From Candidatus Parcubacteria bacterium (GTDB lineage Bacteria > Patescibacteriota > Patescibacteriia > Patescibacteriales > UBA12465), in the NCBI GenBank assembly GCA_037076615.1, contig AP029158.1:636299-700298 (forward strand): DNA of 64,000 bases, written 5' to 3'. This document shows positions 9,503 to 18,753 of the stretch, piece by piece; positions within the stretch are counted from its first letter, which is position 1, and the number at the start of each line of letters is the position of its first letter. The position numbers and the translations under genes are program-made. A model generated the notes under the pieces. It had not been told where the DNA came from and ran no database searches. It saw only the letters and a list, made by a program, of their open reading frames with translations.

Positions 9503-10531
9503 TTAAAATTGATCTAAAAATCTTTTATCACCACTCATCAGTAAGCGGGCATCATCAATGCCATACTTCAACATTACTAACCGAGACAGGCCAAAGCCGA
9601 AGGCGAAGCCTGAATATTTTTCCGGGTCTAAGCCACCGGCGCGTAAAACATCGGGATGAATCAAACCGCAACCCAGGATCTCTAACCAACCCGACCCCTT
9701 ACAAACTCGGCACCCTTTCCCTTCACACAAGAAACAAGTGTATTCACCATTAGAACCGGGCTCGACAAAAGGATAAAACTTAGGGCGCATTCGCAATTTA
9801 GTATTAGGACCATAAAGTTTTTTTCCGACAATCTCACAAAAACTTTTGAGGTGGGCAAAATTAATATTCTCGCCCACCAGCAAGCCTTCTAATTGATAAA
9901 AGGTGTGTTCATGGCGAACATCCGTGGCTTCGTTTCTAAAGGTTCGGCCAGGAATAATGGCTTTTAAAGGCGCACCGTATTTTTTTAAAGCCCGTACTTG
10001 AGCATTAGAAGTCTGAGTGCGCATCAATAAATCATAATCACCATCCTCGTTTTTTTTGTCAACGTAAAAAGTATCCTGCATATCTCGAGCCGGATGATGT
10101 TTAGGAACATTTAGAGCTTCAAAATTGTAATAATCACTTTCTAATTCAGGGCCATCTAAAATCATAAACCCCATAGAAGTAAAAAGGTTTTCAATTTCTC
10201 GGCGCACCAAAGTGAGCGGGTGTAGATGTCCAATTTCAATTTCTTTTCCCGGCAAAGTGGCATCTGCAACAACAGCGTCTTCTGAGGCGGGGTTAAGCTG
10301 AGCATGAACTTGTTCAAACTCTTGAGTCAATTGGACTTTTAGCTTGTTAACCGCCGCTCCGAATTCTTTCCGAGCGTCACCCTCTAAGTTTTTAATTTGC
10401 CCCATTAGTTTCGCCAGCTCGCCCTTACGAGACAAAAACTGATGCTCAAAATCAAGTAATTGCTCCGGAGTTTTAATAGCCGCTAAAGCCGTAGAAAAAG
10501 TTTTTTGGAAATTGTCTAATTGTTCTTTCAT
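9503..10531 (-). CDS. pheS: phenylalanine--tRNA ligase alpha subunit
   Basis: Class II motifs HPARDMQDTFY, GRTFRNE, GFAFGFGLSRLVM; contains a CxxC...CxxC insertion. Confidence 0.93.
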   Translation of the reverse strand: MKEQLDNFQKTFSTALAAIKTPEQLLDFEHQFLSRKGELAKLMGQIKNLEGDARKEFGAAVNKLKVQLTQEFEQVHAQLNPASEDAVVADATLPGKEIEIGHLHPLTLVRREIENLFTSMGFMILDGPELESDYYNFEALNVPKHHPARDMQDTFYVDKKNEDGDYDLLMRTQTSNAQVRALKKYGAPLKAIIPGRTFRNEATDVRHEHTFYQLEGLLVGENINFAHLKSFCEIVGKKLYGPNTKLRMRPKFYPFVEPGSNGEYTCFLCEGKGCRVCKGSGWLEILGCGLIHPDVLRAGGLDPEKYSGFAFGFGLSRLVMLKYGIDDARLLMSGDKRFLDQF

Positions 10532-10539
10532 ATAAATAA

Positions 10540-10923
10540 TTAAAGTCGGTTTTTACTGGGGCGGGTTAAGATAGCCTCAATAATAATAAAAAGGGTGCCC
10601 AAAATAGCGAGATTTAACCAAGTGAATAAATTTTTTGCCAATAAGCACAAAAGAATAATAATAAAAGCGGAAAATAAGAAGGCCTGCCGATAGGCATTAC
10701 GCACTGAATAAAAAGCAAGTTCATGTTTAAGGGCGACAAAGCGGACCAAGAAACCGAAGAGTGCGGTAAAACCAAACAGGGTTAAAAATAGAGAGCCGTA
10801 AAAAAATAAAAAACCTAGCTGATTAGTGGTATTCGGATTGATGCTGCTAGCGACGTAGAGAAAAGCGGTCGCACAAACGGCCGTCGCCGTCGCGATTGCT
10901 AAGAGATAGCGTTTCAAGGTCAT
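10540..10923 (-). CDS. small polytopic membrane protein, unknown function
   Basis: Four predicted hydrophobic helices; 4-nt overlap with the valS stop suggests co-translation. Confidence 0.55.
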   Translation of the reverse strand: MTLKRYLLAIATATAVCATAFLYVASSINPNTTNQLGFLFFYGSLFLTLFGFTALFGFLVRFVALKHELAFYSVRNAYRQAFLFSAFIIILLCLLAKNLFTWLNLAILGTLFIIIEAILTRPSKNRL

Positions 10924-13541
10924 ATGGTTTCCTTTAATTTATCAAGTTCTGCTTGGTAAGCAGCGAGCTTAGCTTGTTCTTGGGCGACGATATGGGCGGG
11001 AGCACGGTTAATAAACTCCTGATTAGCCAAACGATCCTTTAAATTCGCAATTAATTTTTGGAGGTTAACTTGTTCTTTAGCAAGGCGGTTCGCTTCTTTT
11101 TCTGGATCGACAGCTTCTAAAAGATAAATGATTGTATCTTGGACAACCACTACCACCGCCTTATCCGGTCGCGGGTCTTCCCCCACTAAAGTTAAAGAGG
11201 AGAGCCCTGTTTTTAATTTAGTAATTAACTCTAAGCCCGGTTCTAAAAGATTTTTATTTTTCGGAGAAAAAGCTAATGCCGCCAACTGGCGCCCCGGCGC
11301 GACTTTATTAGCGCTACGAGCATTGCGAATCGCTACAATTAAATCACGCCACAAACTTAAAGCGGTCTTTGCCTCTGCATCAGTGATTAGCTGCGCTTGG
11401 GGCCACTGCGCCACCATTAAAATTCCTGGTCGGAAGCTTTGCCAAATCTTTTCTGTCACAAAAGGAATGAAGGGGTGCCAGAGGTGTAAGATAGCGACGA
11501 GTAAATAATTTAAAATTTCAGTTTTTCCGCCCTCAACTTTAGCAATTTCCAAATACCAATCAGCTAACTTATCTTTAGTAAATTCCGTTAAAGCTTCTGC
11601 CGCTAAAGAGAACTCAAAATTATCCAGGCGCTGACGGACTTCCGCGAAGGTGGCGCTTAACTCGGCTAAAATCCAACGGTCGGCCAGGGTTTTTGCTGGC
11701 GGGGCGGTAGTGACCTCACATTCAACCACGCCCGGCTGGCTTAAAATGTAACGAGCAATATTCCAAAGCTTATTGATAAAGTTACGTTTGGCCTCAACAC
11801 GCTCAGCGCTGTAGCGACTATCATTTCCTGGCGTACTCCCCATTAACAGGGAAAGGCGTAGAGCATCGGCCCCATAATCAGCAATCGCCAATAAGGGGTC
11901 AACGCCATTGCCCTTGCTTTTGCTCATTTTTTTACCATGCTTATCTAAAATTGTGCCGTGTAAATAAACAGTCTCAAAGGGGAGCTCGCCCAAGCAGAAC
12001 ATCGACATCATCACCATGCGCGAAACCCAGAGTGTTAAAATTTCATAGCCAGTTTCCAAAACTTGAGTCGGATGAAAACGCGCTAGGTCGCCGACTTTCT
12101 TAGCATTTTGATAATTATCAGGCCAACCCAGGGTGGAAAAAGTCCACATCCCTGAAGAAAACCAAGTATCTAAAGTATCAGGGTCCTGAGACCAGCCTTC
12201 GCCTTGGGGCGCCTGGGAGCCGCAGTAAACTTCTTCGCCGCGGTACCAAACCGGAATCGGATGCCCAAACCAAATTTGTCGCGAAATGCACCAGTCGTGC
12301 AAATTGGTCAGCCAATTTTGATAACGTTTATTAAATCTTTCCGGGACAAATTTTAAAGCTCCATCTTGAGCCACCGCTAAAGCCCTCTCTTTTAAGGATT
12401 TTCCATCTAAACGGCTTAAGGGTTTGCCCACATTAATAAACCACTGCTTAGAAGGCAGGGGTTCTATCGGCGTATCACAGCGATAACAAGTTGAGAGATT
12501 ATGACTAATCTCTTCCTCACTAATAAGTAAATTTGCCTCCTTAAGTTTATTAACGATTTTTTCCCGGGCCAAAAGAACATCAAGACCGGAATAATCACCA
12601 AATTCTTCTCTTATTAAACCTTGCTCGGAAATAACTTTAATAATTGGCAACTCATTTTCTTGAGCCATCTGCCAATCAATCATGGAATGCGCCGGCGTCA
12701 CCCCTAAAGCGCCCGTACCAAAATCCGGATCAACATTCCGATCAGCAATTACCTTCAGTTTTAGTTTTTGCCCAACAAAATCCAGCTCAAATTCTTGACC
12801 AAGATATTTTTTATAACGCTCATCTTTCGGATTAACCGCGATCGCCGTATCACCCAACTTCGTTTCTGGCCGGGTAGTGGAAATGGCAATCGGAAAATCC
12901 GGGGCATATTTAAAAGTATATAATTTAGTTGCTTGCTCACTATACTCCACCTCATCGTCGGCTAAAGTTGACTGACAATGCGGACACCAATTAACAATTC
13001 GTTCGCCCCGATAAATTACGCCCTCTTCATACATTTCTACAAATAAACGACTAACCGCCTTCTGGCGAGGCTCATCTAAAGTAAAAGCTTCTCGCGACCA
13101 ATCTAAAGAGGCGCCCATTTTACGCATTTGTCCTAAAATCTCGGATTGTGTATTTCGCAAAAATTCCCAAATTTTCTCCAAAAGAGTCTCCTTGCCTAAA
13201 TCGTGTCTAGTTTGTCCGGTCTCTTCAAAAATTTTTTTCTCAACCACCATCTGAGTAGCAATGGCGGCGTGATCAGTACCCGGAACCCAGAGCGTACGAT
13301 AACCGTTCATGCGGTGATAACGAATAAGCAGATCCTCAATCGCCAACATCGCGCTATGACCAATGTGCAGTTTTGCTGTTATATTTGGTGGCGGCAAAAT
13401 AATCGTATAGGTTTCCGCCGCCTTAGATAAAGGGGCATTGTCGGGGTTAAAAAAGCCCGAATTTTCCCACAAATGATAGATTCCATCCTCATTTTCTTGC
13501 GGCGCGTAGGTTTTACTTAGTTCTGTTTTCATACTAATCAA
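10920..13541 (-). CDS. valS: valine--tRNA ligase
   Basis: 873 aa class I ligase; HIGH-type LHIGHSAM, KMSKSKGN, C-terminal coiled coil. Confidence 0.93.
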   Translation of the reverse strand: MISMKTELSKTYAPQENEDGIYHLWENSGFFNPDNAPLSKAAETYTIILPPPNITAKLHIGHSAMLAIEDLLIRYHRMNGYRTLWVPGTDHAAIATQMVVEKKIFEETGQTRHDLGKETLLEKIWEFLRNTQSEILGQMRKMGASLDWSREAFTLDEPRQKAVSRLFVEMYEEGVIYRGERIVNWCPHCQSTLADDEVEYSEQATKLYTFKYAPDFPIAISTTRPETKLGDTAIAVNPKDERYKKYLGQEFELDFVGQKLKLKVIADRNVDPDFGTGALGVTPAHSMIDWQMAQENELPIIKVISEQGLIREEFGDYSGLDVLLAREKIVNKLKEANLLISEEEISHNLSTCYRCDTPIEPLPSKQWFINVGKPLSRLDGKSLKERALAVAQDGALKFVPERFNKRYQNWLTNLHDWCISRQIWFGHPIPVWYRGEEVYCGSQAPQGEGWSQDPDTLDTWFSSGMWTFSTLGWPDNYQNAKKVGDLARFHPTQVLETGYEILTLWVSRMVMMSMFCLGELPFETVYLHGTILDKHGKKMSKSKGNGVDPLLAIADYGADALRLSLLMGSTPGNDSRYSAERVEAKRNFINKLWNIARYILSQPGVVECEVTTAPPAKTLADRWILAELSATFAEVRQRLDNFEFSLAAEALTEFTKDKLADWYLEIAKVEGGKTEILNYLLVAILHLWHPFIPFVTEKIWQSFRPGILMVAQWPQAQLITDAEAKTALSLWRDLIVAIRNARSANKVAPGRQLAALAFSPKNKNLLEPGLELITKLKTGLSSLTLVGEDPRPDKAVVVVVQDTIIYLLEAVDPEKEANRLAKEQVNLQKLIANLKDRLANQEFINRAPAHIVAQEQAKLAAYQAELDKLKETI

Positions 13542-13645
13542 AAATACCAGAAAAATAACGACAAGTCAATAAAAATAAGGGTTTTAAACACTTGACTAAC
13601 TTTAATCATCGGGCTATATTAGGGAACTAAGTATTTTGTATTACC

Positions 13646-14800
13646 ATGTTAACTAACGAGGAACAATTTTTAAATCGTTTACGAAAGAGCCAGAAACCGC
13701 TCCTTGTTTTTCCGGCCGATTGGCCCGGCGAGGCCGTCGCGGTTAGCATCACCCTTTTTCAATTACTCGAGAAGCTAGGAAAAGAACCAACTTTGGTGGC
13801 CGCCCCTTCGTGGCGTCAAAAAACTTGGAATTTTTTAGCACCCCTCAAAAAAATAAAACACCATTTAGATTCCTCCGGCCCCTTAATAATTAGTCTGCCG
13901 GCTAAAGAATCGGAAGTGGCCCGGATAAAATATAGCTACGACAGCGAGGAATTAAAATTTTTTATCTTCCCTAAAGAAAAAAATTTAAAGGCCAAAAACG
14001 TTAAAGCCGAAAACGCTTCTCCTCCTTATGATTTAATTATCGTTACCGGGGCGGCCGATTTGGATTCACTGGGGAGTATCTATAATGATAATATTGACCT
14101 ATTTTATAAAACCGATGTTATTAATTTAGATTGCCAAGCCGAGAACGAAGAATTTGGCGAAATTAATCTGGTTGATTTAAGTGCGGCAACGATTAGTGAG
14201 ATTTTATATTCCGCTTTATCAGAAAATGAGCGCCGCTTAATTGTCGGTGATGTGGCTACCAGCCTCTTGGCTGGTTTAATTGCCGGTACCAAAAGCTTTA
14301 AGAGTAGCCGGCTCACCCCCAAGACTTTAGAGTTAGCCTCTTTATTAATGGCGGCCGGCGGTGAACGAGAAAAAATAGTCAATCATCTTTATCGTTCCCG
14401 CAACTTCTCAACTTTAAAATTATGGGGGAAAGTTCTTGCCGGTTTGAAAGCGGAATTAAATAGCGCTTTAATTTGGTCATATATCCGTCAGGAAGATTTT
14501 AAAAATAGCGGTGCCAGTGCCGATAACTTAATTGATATTATCGACGAGTTAATTGCCAATATCCCCGAGGCTCGAGTGATTACTTTAATTTTTGAAGATC
14601 CGGAAAAAGTCGGAGAGCTAAAAGCTGTTTTATACGCCGCCAAAAACATGGATGCTTTAAAATTACTCAAAAATTATCAGCCGCAAGGAAACTTCCGCTT
14701 GGCTCAAGCCTCTTTACAGAAATCAGAAACTAATGAGAAAACTTTAGAAAAATATTTAAACACTCTTAAACAAGAACTAGCTACTTGGCTAGCACGCTAA
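13646..14800 (+). CDS. DHH/DHHA1 (NrnA-like) family protein with degenerate catalytic motifs
   Basis: Overall NrnA-like layout (LLAGLIAGTKSFKS resembles the DTGxF segment), but no DHH or GGGH motif could be found. Confidence 0.45.
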   Translation: MLTNEEQFLNRLRKSQKPLLVFPADWPGEAVAVSITLFQLLEKLGKEPTLVAAPSWRQKTWNFLAPLKKIKHHLDSSGPLIISLPAKESEVARIKYSYDSEELKFFIFPKEKNLKAKNVKAENASPPYDLIIVTGAADLDSLGSIYNDNIDLFYKTDVINLDCQAENEEFGEINLVDLSAATISEILYSALSENERRLIVGDVATSLLAGLIAGTKSFKSSRLTPKTLELASLLMAAGGEREKIVNHLYRSRNFSTLKLWGKVLAGLKAELNSALIWSYIRQEDFKNSGASADNLIDIIDELIANIPEARVITLIFEDPEKVGELKAVLYAAKNMDALKLLKNYQPQGNFRLAQASLQKSETNEKTLEKYLNTLKQELATWLAR

Positions 14801-14856
14801 AATTATTTTTTCTTGATTTGTCGGCCCATGAATGATATATCTATAAAGAAGATTAA

Positions 14857-14929
14857 GCGCCCATGGCTCAGTGGTTAGAGCACCGCTCTTATAAAGCGGG
14901 GGTCGATGGTTCAATTCCATCTGGGCGCA
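14857..14929 (+). tRNA. tRNA-Ile (anticodon UAU)
   Basis: Acceptor GCGCCCA/TGGGCGC, D arm GCTCAGTGGTTAGAGC, anticodon stem CCGCT/AGCGG, loop CTTATAA (34-36 = TAT), T-loop TTCAATT. Confidence 0.8.
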
Positions 14930-14994
14930 CTTTTGGTAAAAAAATATTTACTTTTAACCTTGTTGTTGCTAATATTAAATCAGGTTGGTAACGC

Positions 14995-15068
14995 GGGCTC
15001 GTAGCTCAGTTGGTTAGAGCGCTACGTTGACATCGTAGAGGTCTGCAGTTCGAGTCTGCACGGGCCCA
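14995..15068 (+). tRNA. tRNA-Val (anticodon GAC)
   Basis: Acceptor GGGCTCG/CGGGCCC, anticodon stem CTACG/CGTAG, loop TTGACAT, T-loop TTCGAGT. Confidence 0.88.
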
Positions 15069-15083
15069 CCGCAATTTTTTCTT

Positions 15084-15506
15084 ATGCTCAACAATTTATT
15101 TAATAGGCCTAGCGAGGCGACAATCCAAGAAAATAGTCGACCGGCTATTAGTGATTGGTCTTCTGATCAAGATAATTATCAATTAGCTATTGATGTTTAC
15201 CAAACCCCTAGCCAGGTTGTTATTCGAGCTATTGTCCCGGGTGCTGAACCGGAAGATTTAAAGATTTCTTTGCATAACGATTTGCTCACCATTAAGTATC
15301 AAAAAGTGGATGAACTGGCGGTTCCCGAAGAAGATTACTTTTATAAAGAATGTTTTTTTGGGCCTTGCCACCGTTCTTTAATTTTACCGGCCGAGGTTGA
15401 TAATCAAGAAATCAGCGCCAATGTTGAGAATGGAATCTTAACCATCACTCTCAAGCGCTTAAACCATGGACCCGAACTCGGTCAAGAAATTAAAATTGAT
15501 TATTAA
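15084..15506 (+). CDS. Hsp20/alpha-crystallin small heat-shock protein
   Basis: 140 aa; alpha-crystallin domain pattern ...AIDVYQT...VIRAIVPG...ISANVENGILTITLKR. Confidence 0.85.
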   Translation: MLNNLFNRPSEATIQENSRPAISDWSSDQDNYQLAIDVYQTPSQVVIRAIVPGAEPEDLKISLHNDLLTIKYQKVDELAVPEEDYFYKECFFGPCHRSLILPAEVDNQEISANVENGILTITLKRLNHGPELGQEIKIDY

Positions 15507-15626
15507 TATTAATTATGAGTACGCCCGATTTATTTGAGCTCCTAAATAGCCAAACCCCGGAAGAAGATTCTTCCCCAAAAGATTTGCTTAATGACTTATT
15601 GACGGCCTAGGAACCAACAAACAGAT

Positions 15627-17531
15627 ATGAAAAAAATAGAAAAGTGTCCACCAAAGAAAAATTTTTTTATCTTCTTGTGGGCATTTTTATTAATCTTATT
15701 ATTAACCAGCGGCGCAATTTCTTTTTTTGCTTGGAAACTTCACGCTAATAAAATTAACCCGGGCACTAGCGTCGGCACTATTTTAGTCGGCAATTTAACA
15801 ATCGGTGAAGCCCAGCAATTAATAGAAAAAAATCTGCAGGCTTGGGAGCAATCAGGTTTAGTGGTCCGACATAATGATACTCGCTTAGAAATTCCGGCAG
15901 CCATCCAGGTTAACGTCGAAGCTAGTTTGCCAATTTTTACTTGGCAGCCGGAGCCGATAAACCAATTTCTAACCAACAATCTTGGGGCTAAGTCTTGGCG
16001 ACGTTATTTAGCTAGCCACTTCAATCCCGCCCACTTAGATATTCCTTATTTCTTAAATGAGACCTTACTTAAAAACTATTTAACCGAAACTCTTCCTGAT
16101 CTTACCATTATTCCTCAAGATGCCCGCTTCATGGTTCGGGAAGATTTAAGCACTGATTGGGAATTTACCATTCAGCCGGAACAGATTGGCCGGCAAATTA
16201 ATTTTGAGGCCGCACTTAAAACAATTCATAAAAATTTAGCCACCCCAAGTAATGAGGAGGCAGTCCTCACAACCGAATTAGTTCGCCCTCAGGTTTATCA
16301 AGCTGATTTAGAAAATTTAAGACCGGCTGCTCAAGACTTGATTAGTCAAGGCGGTCTAACCTTAACTGTCACTGCTGAAGCGGATACTGCCACCAGCACT
16401 TGGTTAGTGCCAACTAGCACCGTGGCTACTTGGATTGTTCCTAAGTTTACCAATCAGTCGCAAACAGTCGGCTTGGATTCTAAAAAAATTGCCGCTTATT
16501 TAAGCGACCTAGTTGCCCCCGAGATTGATCGCGAACCTCAAGCACCTCGCTATGAACTGGCAGAAAATCGGCTAACTGATTGGTCTCCTGCTGTAATCGG
16601 CAAACAATTAGACACGGAAAAAAGCGCTAACGATATTTTAGAAAATTATTTAGAAAATAAAATTACGGAAACCGAGTTAAGCGTTAACCTACTCTTACCG
16701 GAAATAAAAAGTGATGACAACCCTTTAAGGATTGAGGAGACGATTGGAACCGGTCACTCTAATTTTTCTGGTTCTTCTAAAAACCGACGCCATAATATTA
16801 AAGTAGGCGCTGACACTTTACATGGCTTGCTCATTGCCCCCGGTGAAGAGTTTTCTTTAATTAAAGCTCTTGGCAATATGGATGCCAGTGGTGGCTACTT
16901 ACCGGAATACGTAATTAAAGGCGACAAAACCCAACTGGAATATGGTGGCGGCCTGTGTCAGGTGGCAACGACCATTTTCCGCTCCGCCCTAGGCTCTGGT
17001 CTCCCCATCACGATGCGCCAAAATCATTCTTACCGCGTTGGCTACTATGAGCCGGCCGGCATGGATGCGACTATTTATGATCCGCTTCCTGATGTTCGCT
17101 TTATTAATGATAGCCCCGATTATATATTGATTCAGGCGCGCATTGACGGCGATGATCTTTACTTTGATTTCTGGGGAAAGGAAGATGGCCGTCAAGCGAC
17201 GACCACCACGCCGGTAATTTTTAACATTGTTAAACCGGCGCCAACAAAAATTATTGAAACGACTGATCTCAAGCCAGGCGAAAAAAAATGTACCGAGAGT
17301 TCACATAATGGGGCCGATACTTATTTTGATTACACTGTTATCTATCCTGACGGCGAAGAAAAAATGGAGCGCTTTAAATCTCATTATGTCCCTTGGCAAG
17401 CGGTTTGTTTAGTTGGCGTCGATCCAGAAGCAAAAGCGGAAGAGGCCGAACAAGCAGAACAGACTGAGACTGAAACGGATTCCTCTCCCACCGCTAGCCC
17501 TACTCCAGAAACAGAGACGAAGTTGGAATAA
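15627..17531 (+). CDS. VanW-domain protein, membrane-anchored, with acidic Glu/Thr/Pro-rich tail
   Basis: N-terminal TM; VanW core GGGLCQVATTIFRSAL...MRQNHSY; C-terminal AEEAEQAEQTETETDSSPTASPTPETE. Confidence 0.8.
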   Translation: MKKIEKCPPKKNFFIFLWAFLLILLLTSGAISFFAWKLHANKINPGTSVGTILVGNLTIGEAQQLIEKNLQAWEQSGLVVRHNDTRLEIPAAIQVNVEASLPIFTWQPEPINQFLTNNLGAKSWRRYLASHFNPAHLDIPYFLNETLLKNYLTETLPDLTIIPQDARFMVREDLSTDWEFTIQPEQIGRQINFEAALKTIHKNLATPSNEEAVLTTELVRPQVYQADLENLRPAAQDLISQGGLTLTVTAEADTATSTWLVPTSTVATWIVPKFTNQSQTVGLDSKKIAAYLSDLVAPEIDREPQAPRYELAENRLTDWSPAVIGKQLDTEKSANDILENYLENKITETELSVNLLLPEIKSDDNPLRIEETIGTGHSNFSGSSKNRRHNIKVGADTLHGLLIAPGEEFSLIKALGNMDASGGYLPEYVIKGDKTQLEYGGGLCQVATTIFRSALGSGLPITMRQNHSYRVGYYEPAGMDATIYDPLPDVRFINDSPDYILIQARIDGDDLYFDFWGKEDGRQATTTTPVIFNIVKPAPTKIIETTDLKPGEKKCTESSHNGADTYFDYTVIYPDGEEKMERFKSHYVPWQAVCLVGVDPEAKAEEAEQAEQTETETDSSPTASPTPETETKLE

Positions 17532-17547
17532 TAACTAGTTAAGAAAA

Positions 17548-17761
17548 CCAAAAAGCCCCCACAGAGGGGGCGCTTTGATTTAAAAAAAGATCGTCTGAAA
17601 CGGGCAGGCAAGAAAATTTCTTCTAGGAATCCCCGAGCCTATGAGAGAATACCATTTTTGATATTATCTCACAGGCCCAAAAAACCCTAGCAAGAAAGTC
17701 CCCATGCTTGTCGTGCCTAACCCGTTTCAAACGACCTTAGTAAAAAGAACTGAAATGCTAA
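17548..17761 (-). ncRNA. candidate rod-shaped small RNA (6S-like architecture; identity unproven)
   Basis: Near-consensus promoter just upstream and a terminator at the 3' end. A long closing helix pairs 17590-17611 with 17713-17735. Inner helices are TTTCTTGCTAGG/CCTAGAAGAAA and GGGCCTGTGAGA/TCTCATAGGCTC. Several pairs are G-U only if the RNA is read on the minus strand. Confidence 0.4.
17551..17580. terminator. bidirectional terminator (VanW gene on +, small RNA candidate on -)
   Basis: Hairpin GCCCCC-ACAGA-GGGGGC with an A-run upstream and T-rich downstream sequence. Confidence 0.65.
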
Positions 17762-17767
17762 CGATTT

Positions 17768-17796
17768 AATATAGCATACCCTTAATTCTTTGTCAA
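17768..17796 (-). promoter_or_regulatory. near-consensus sigma70 promoter (minus strand)
   Basis: Minus-strand TTGACA (17796-17791), 17-nt spacer, TATATT (17773-17768). Confidence 0.6.
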
Positions 17797-17818
17797 CCCC
17801 CGAGAGCCAATAATCTGA

Positions 17819-18652
17819 TTAGGGGGCTTTTTTTAAATAAATATCTTTATTATTAGCAAAAATATTAATAGTGCCAACTTCGTCAGTACGAAAAATATTC
17901 GCCGCGACCGTTTCTAATCTTTTTAAAGTTTCTAGATGGGGATGAGAAAATTTATTATCTTTTCCGACTGAGATAATGGCAACAAGCGGCTTAACGGTTC
18001 TTAAAAAAATTTCCTGACTGGCACTGGCTGCTCCGTGATGAGAAACTTTTAAAACATCGTAAGTTTTTAAACCGCTGTCCAACAAATCAGCCTCGATTTC
18101 TTGACCGGCATCACCAGTAAATAAAAACTGGCGCTGACCGCAGACTAACTCACTCACCACTGACTGATCATTAATTTCTTTACTGGCGGCGGCGCTCAAA
18201 ATATTAACCTGACAATACTTTCCCAGCGAAAAAGAATCAGCCGCCGTAATTTTTTGTTTAGGAATTTTATTTTTTTCTAAATTACTAAACCACTCTTTAA
18301 TTAAAATATTATTCTCAGTCACCTCTCCATAAAAAACTTGCTTGATTCGATAACGATCACCCAACTCAAGCAAGCCGAGCAAATGATCGCTGTGCTCATG
18401 AGTCAGTAAAACAAAATCTAAGTGGCGCTGCCACCAAGGCAAGACGGTGCCCAACTCTTCTAAGAGACTATTATCAGGACCACCATCAATTAACAAAGTT
18501 TTTTTGTCCGGGGTCACAATTAAAATTGCATCACCTTGCCCAACGGAGAGAAAAGAAACTTTAACCGCGTCCCGCGGATATCGCGACAGTGGCAAAAAAA
18601 GTGTCAGTCCTAAGGAAAAAAATAGAGCGCTAACTAAAAGCAGGCGTTTCAT
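17819..18652 (-). CDS. ComEC-type metallo-beta-lactamase domain protein (stand-alone, signal-anchored)
   Basis: N-terminal hydrophobic anchor; FLSVGQGDAILIV...LLIDGG, HEHSDH, VSHHG motifs typical of the ComEC/Rec2 C-terminal MBL domain; no channel domain. Confidence 0.8.
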   Translation of the reverse strand: MKRLLLVSALFFSLGLTLFLPLSRYPRDAVKVSFLSVGQGDAILIVTPDKKTLLIDGGPDNSLLEELGTVLPWWQRHLDFVLLTHEHSDHLLGLLELGDRYRIKQVFYGEVTENNILIKEWFSNLEKNKIPKQKITAADSFSLGKYCQVNILSAAASKEINDQSVVSELVCGQRQFLFTGDAGQEIEADLLDSGLKTYDVLKVSHHGAASASQEIFLRTVKPLVAIISVGKDNKFSHPHLETLKRLETVAANIFRTDEVGTINIFANNKDIYLKKAP

Positions 18653-18753
18653 ATTTTTAGTCTAACACGGTGAGTATCAAGTTTTCCTCAATTACAAAAA
18701 TCGCCCGGAGAACGGACGATTTTTGTATAATTTTTAAATGGCTTAAAAAAGAA

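Noticed and set aside
9496-9753. 85-aa plus-strand ORF at the pheS 3' end
   Set aside because: It is antisense to the well-supported pheS coding sequence and has no independent signals.
15515-15610. 31-codon acidic mini-ORF (MSTPDLFELLNSQTPEEDSSPKDLLNDLLTA) between the Hsp20 and VanW genes
   Set aside because: It has no clear SD sequence, no recognisable family and is too short to support from sequence alone.
17690-17703. AGAAAGTCC motif resembling the RNase P RNA P4 consensus GAGGAAAGUCC
   Set aside because: The intergenic region is too short and lacks the other conserved RNase P elements, such as the ACAGAA-type 3' P4 strand. The helix G-U pattern also indicates the opposite strand.
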